Source: Candidatus Rokuibacteriota bacterium
GTDB taxonomy: Bacteria > Methylomirabilota > Methylomirabilia > Rokubacteriales > CSP1-6
Length of the DNA stretch: 64,000 bases
Direction: 5' to 3'
Assembly (NCBI GenBank): GCA_016184125.1
Contig: JACPDG010000057.1
Span: 11,485-75,484 of the forward strand
Positions 60,484-64,000 of the stretch are shown here, piece by piece. The notes under the pieces were generated by a model. The model had not been told where the DNA came from. It worked only from the letters and a program-made list of their open reading frames with translations, and made no database searches. Every line of letters begins with the position of its first letter. The first letter of the stretch is position 1. The position numbers were made by a program, and so were the translations under genes.

Positions 60484-60669
60484 TCAGACGATCTCGAACG
60501 GAGCGCTCGCCTTGATGAGCACCGCCTCGAGCACGTTGCCAGCGCAGTCACGGCAGTATGTCGCCGACTCCAGCGAGATCGCGCAGGCTGGACAGCACGG
60601 CTGACCGCACTCGACGCAGCCGAGATGGTGGAACGAATGCTTGATCTGCCCTCCGCAGTCACAGTTCAT
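60484..60669 (-). CDS. Small Cys-rich (zinc-finger-like) protein
   Basis: GGAGG RBS; CDCG...CVECG..CCPAC...CRDC in 61 aa. Confidence 0.75.
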   Translation of the reverse strand: MNCDCGGQIKHSFHHLGCVECGQPCCPACAISLESATYCRDCAGNVLEAVLIKASAPFEIV

Positions 60670-60779
60670 GTCGCCCTCCCGCTCGAAGGCTCACGGCGAC
60701 ACACTTCAAGAGCCGTTCCATTGCGCGCGGGCGCGAGGAACTCGCCAGAAAACCGTGGGCTTACACGATCTCGGGGCCC

Positions 60780-60893
60780 TCAGGCCGAGCGGGAAGTCGA
60801 GGAGCGCCGCGGGTTCCCCGCGGCGCTTCCGAGCGCCGGGGGGGGGTGGGGAGGGGGGTGGGGGGCCATCTCGGGGCCCCCCATGAGGTCGGT
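60780..60893 (-). repeat. Family-A repeat copy after the dnaB stop codon
   Basis: TGA-ACCGACCTCATGGGGGGCCCCGAGATGGCCCCCC...CTCGGCC-TGA. Confidence 0.8.
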
Positions 60894-63800
60894 TCAGAAC
60901 GGCTGGGAGGCGCGAGCCGGGTCGGCGATGTTCTCGAAGCGCGCGTACTCCGGCAGGAAGACGAGCTTCACGGTCCCGATCGGGCCGTTGCGCTGCTTGC
61001 CGATGATCACCTCGGCGATCTTCTCTTCCTCGGGCGGCACGTCTTCCTTGTACACGCGCGAGCGATAGAGGAAGAGGATCAGGTCCGCGTCCTGCTCGAG
61101 GGCGCCCGAATTGTGACTGACGATACCGTCCGCGAGCCACGACGCAGGACCGGGAACTGTCAAGTCGAAGACGTCCTCCTCACCGTCGGCCGCCACCCGC
61201 ACGACTCGGTCCCAGAAGAGATCGCTCGTTGCCTGCGCCTCGAGCTCCTCGTCGCAGAGAATGTTTGCGTACTCAGCAACGACCGCGCGCGACGGCGCGC
61301 ACCGGAGCTGCGACGTACCCCCGTACGCCGTGCCGCGCAACCCGGCCATCCGTCGCTGCGAGATGCGGCGCTCGCGCATCAGACGCTTCACGCGCTCGAA
61401 CACCTCGCGCGGCAGCGTATCGACGTTCGTGTTCACGTCGCGATCCGCGAGCGCAGCGGCGAGTGCTCGCGCCTGGGGCTCGCGAGGACCGAACGCGCCG
61501 ACGGCGTCGAGAAAACGCCGCTGGTCGGCGCCGCCGGACACTGACACGAAGAAGCTCGTGCGATAGGTTCCCTTCCGGGCCGACGAGATCCTCGCAACGA
61601 TCCCGAGCCTCATCAGCAGCGCGGCGACGTCCGTCGCCAGTCCCGCACTGTTGGTACTGTAGAAGACCGAGTGACTGCCTCGCCCACGCCGAGGAACGAT
61701 AGTGCCATCCGTCGCCCACAGGTGTCGGAGGAGGAGGGCGATCTGCGCGTTCGAGAGGCGGAAGGCATCCTCGGGAACCCGCTTCTCGTGCGAGCGCTGC
61801 CCGAAGATCCCGAGCTGGCGCAGCCATGCGTTCACGCCCCTCGGGTGCCACCGGTCGCCGTTGCCGCTGATGAGCAGCTGATGCCAACCTCGCCGACCAC
61901 GGTACCGCGTGACGTCACACCCGAACTCCTCGCGCGCCGCCTCTGCAACGATGGCGCTGTTCTCTTCGGAGCCCGTCGTGTACCGGAGTGGCTGATGGCT
62001 GAGGGAGCTGCCGTCACCGATGAGCTGGCCGAGGAGCGCAACGCGAGCGTCGGGCCAGGACTCGGGGGACAGCGGCTCCGGGAGATGCCGCGCAAGCGCG
62101 ACGCGGTCGCCTTTGATCAATTCGGTGACCGTCTGCCATCCGCGACCGGTGAAGACCCGGTGCTCGGCCGTCGCCCGGATGGTACGGCCGCTCGCCAGCC
62201 CCACGCGGAAGACCGGTCGTGTCCCGACCTTCCAGATCCGCTCGCTCTTCGCCGCGACGATCTTCCCGGCCGGTGACATGGCGAGCACCTCGGGGGAGGT
62301 GTCCACGAGCTCCCGGATCGGAGCTCGACGTCCGTCGGAAAGCAGCACGACCGTGTCTGCCGTCACGCATTCGCGAAGGTCGGAGAGCTGCGGACGGAAG
62401 TCGCGCTGCGCGCGGCTCTCGACGGCGCGCGACAGCTGCGAGAGGGCCACGACGGGGATGTTGAGCTCCTTCGCGAGGGCCTTCAGGGATCGCGAGATCT
62501 CGGAGATCTCCTGCTGGCGGTTCTCCATCGACGCGCGGCCGCGCATGAGCTGCAGGTAGTCGATGACGACCAGATCCAGCCCGTGCTCGGCCTTCATCCG
62601 CCGCGCCTTCGCGCGCGCCTCGAGCACGGTGATGCCCGGGCTGTCGTCGATGTAGATCTTCGCCTCGCTGAGCCGTCCCGCCGCGGCCGTGAGCCGATGC
62701 CAGTCGGCCGCCGTGAGATAGCCGGTGCGGACGGATTGCGAGTCGACCTTCGCCTCCGAGCACAGCATGCGCTGGACGAGCTGCTGGGACGACATCTCGA
62801 GCGACAGCACGAGCACGCTGGCGTGCAGGTGCACGCCGACGTGCTGCGCGATGTTGAGGGCGAAGGCCGTATTGTGCGTGACCACGTAGTCGCCGGTGAT
62901 GTACGTCCGCGAGGGATGCGTCACCGCGATGCACTGCGCCTCGGACAGGCGCGTCGGCTCGACGGAGACGAAGACCGGCCAGCGCCGCCGGCGAGGCGCC
63001 GAGAGCGGGCGCGCCCGCTTCGACGAGAGCTGGAACATCGTCTTCGGCTCGGAGTGCTGGATGTTGCAGACGTACGCGGGCCTCCCGGCATGCCGCGTCC
63101 CGGCGTGGCTGTATGTGGTGCGCCGGCGGCGGACCGAGCACCACCCGCCCAGGGAGCGGACGAGATCCGCGACATCGCGCGCCAACCGCGCGCTCGTCGA
63201 GCAGAACCGAGCGCTGCCCCAGCGTTCCACCCACCCGTCGGTGTCCATGAGACCGGACAGGAGCGCGAGACGGGCGTCGCGGGAAGCGTTCAGATAGACG
63301 GCGGGGATGAACTTCTCCTCCGAGCGGATGCCCCACAGGCCGAGGCGTCTCAGTGACTCCATGAGCGTGTTCGGGGCAACCCCGGCCACGCCCTTGCGAT
63401 GCGCACCGGCGGCCTGGACGATACGCCAGTCGTCACCGCCCCCGGCGCGAAGCGCGAACGCCGCCGTGGCATGCTCCAGAACGAGCTCGCGGATCTCGGC
63501 GTCGGCCGTCGAGAACATCAGGCTGCTGCCGGAGAGCTTCCCGTCGCCGAGCCGCGCGCCGAGCAGCCAGGGGTCGATCGGGAGCGGCTCGTCGTGGCCG
63601 AAATCGCCCGACGGCGCGTCGATCCAGAGCCGGTGCCGATAGCGCGCTCGGCGGAGCAGCGCGGCGACGCGCTCGGTGGTCAGCACGCGCGGCTCGCGCC
63701 AGCGGCGGTCATGCACCCGCCAGAGATGCTCGGCGGTGCATTCCGTCGATCGGCCGTCGGAGAACGTCACCCGGTGGATCTGCTGCCGCCCCTGCGGGAA

Positions 63801-64000
63801 GATGCCGCTCACGAACGAGGGCCGGCCGTCGATGGAGGCGAGCGCGTCGCCGAGTCGCAGGTCGCCCATGCGCTTCCATCCCGTCACCGTCTTGACGGGC
63901 GCGTCGAGCGGCTGCGCCTTCCCCATGCTCGGGCGGCCCGCGATGATGATGAAGTCCGACGGCTGGAACCCCGACGTCTCCATGTCGAGCTTCTCGAACC
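60894..64000 (-). CDS. dnaB: Replicative DNA helicase DnaB (5' part off-window) with two inteins
   Basis: GRPSMGK|TAFALN, SLEMS, IDYLQLM, LSQLSR, SDLRE|SGALEQDAD and KQRNGP. Confidence 0.95.
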   Translation of the reverse strand, partial: FEKLDMETSGFQPSDFIIIAGRPSMGKAQPLDAPVKTVTGWKRMGDLRLGDALASIDGRPSFVSGIFPQGRQQIHRVTFSDGRSTECTAEHLWRVHDRRWREPRVLTTERVAALLRRARYRHRLWIDAPSGDFGHDEPLPIDPWLLGARLGDGKLSGSSLMFSTADAEIRELVLEHATAAFALRAGGGDDWRIVQAAGAHRKGVAGVAPNTLMESLRRLGLWGIRSEEKFIPAVYLNASRDARLALLSGLMDTDGWVERWGSARFCSTSARLARDVADLVRSLGGWCSVRRRRTTYSHAGTRHAGRPAYVCNIQHSEPKTMFQLSSKRARPLSAPRRRRWPVFVSVEPTRLSEAQCIAVTHPSRTYITGDYVVTHNTAFALNIAQHVGVHLHASVLVLSLEMSSQQLVQRMLCSEAKVDSQSVRTGYLTAADWHRLTAAAGRLSEAKIYIDDSPGITVLEARAKARRMKAEHGLDLVVIDYLQLMRGRASMENRQQEISEISRSLKALAKELNIPVVALSQLSRAVESRAQRDFRPQLSDLRECVTADTVVLLSDGRRAPIRELVDTSPEVLAMSPAGKIVAAKSERIWKVGTRPVFRVGLASGRTIRATAEHRVFTGRGWQTVTELIKGDRVALARHLPEPLSPESWPDARVALLGQLIGDGSSLSHQPLRYTTGSEENSAIVAEAAREEFGCDVTRYRGRRGWHQLLISGNGDRWHPRGVNAWLRQLGIFGQRSHEKRVPEDAFRLSNAQIALLLRHLWATDGTIVPRRGRGSHSVFYSTNSAGLATDVAALLMRLGIVARISSARKGTYRTSFFVSVSGGADQRRFLDAVGAFGPREPQARALAAALADRDVNTNVDTLPREVFERVKRLMRERRISQRRMAGLRGTAYGGTSQLRCAPSRAVVAEYANILCDEELEAQATSDLFWDRVVRVAADGEEDVFDLTVPGPASWLADGIVSHNSGALEQDADLILFLYRSRVYKEDVPPEEEKIAEVIIGKQRNGPIGTVKLVFLPEYARFENIADPARASQPF
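61110..62369 (-). mobile_element. Intein 2 (class 1, 420 aa, LAGLIDADG homing endonuclease)
   Basis: C1VTADT...ATAEH...VFDLTV...VSHN/S; endonuclease motifs LLGQLIGDG and LWATDG. Confidence 0.92.
62871..63917 (-). mobile_element. Intein 1 (Ala1, class 3-like, 349 aa, LAGLIDADG homing endonuclease) in the P-loop
   Basis: A1QPLDA...EHLW...AQCIAV...VVTHN/T; endonuclease motifs LGDG and LMDTDG. Confidence 0.92.

Overview
A very GC-rich bacterial chromosomal window. The gene content and repeat style are reminiscent of Rokubacteria/Methylomirabilota, but that is inference only. Left to right it holds: MFS/2-hydroxyacid dehydrogenase/GlxA-type regulator genes; DAG-kinase, PCuAC-like, class III aminotransferase and DUF4392 genes; a ~19 kb trehalose/alpha-glucan cluster (treZ, GH57 branching enzyme, glgC, DUF3536, treY, DUF5752, TreT-like GT, GT2, glgE, treS, maltokinase); and an integrase-less integron cassette array with 3 clear attC sites and hicBA. 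Further right are ggt, a HypE/AIR-synthase-like gene, csoR-copA-YHS with a CsoR operator, a MetE-like gene, mreBCD-mrdA-rodA-rng, a TRAP transporter, two csp genes, comEA, HNH, ABC-F, PPOX, a probable CxxU selenoprotein, MFS, alkA, enoyl-CoA hydratase, a KimA-like transporter and a partial dnaB with two inteins. The most unusual signals are: (1) a ~185-nt rod-like foldback at 49.7-49.9 kb enclosing a 13-codon ORF whose ribosome-binding site is a 14-nt complement of the 16S 3' end; (2) two small palindromic repeat families that sit at TGA/CTC sites and have inserted in frame into protein genes (ABC-F, comEA) and into the treS-maltokinase junction; and (3) an unannotated UGA-readthrough CMD/AhpD protein with a SECIS-like hairpin.
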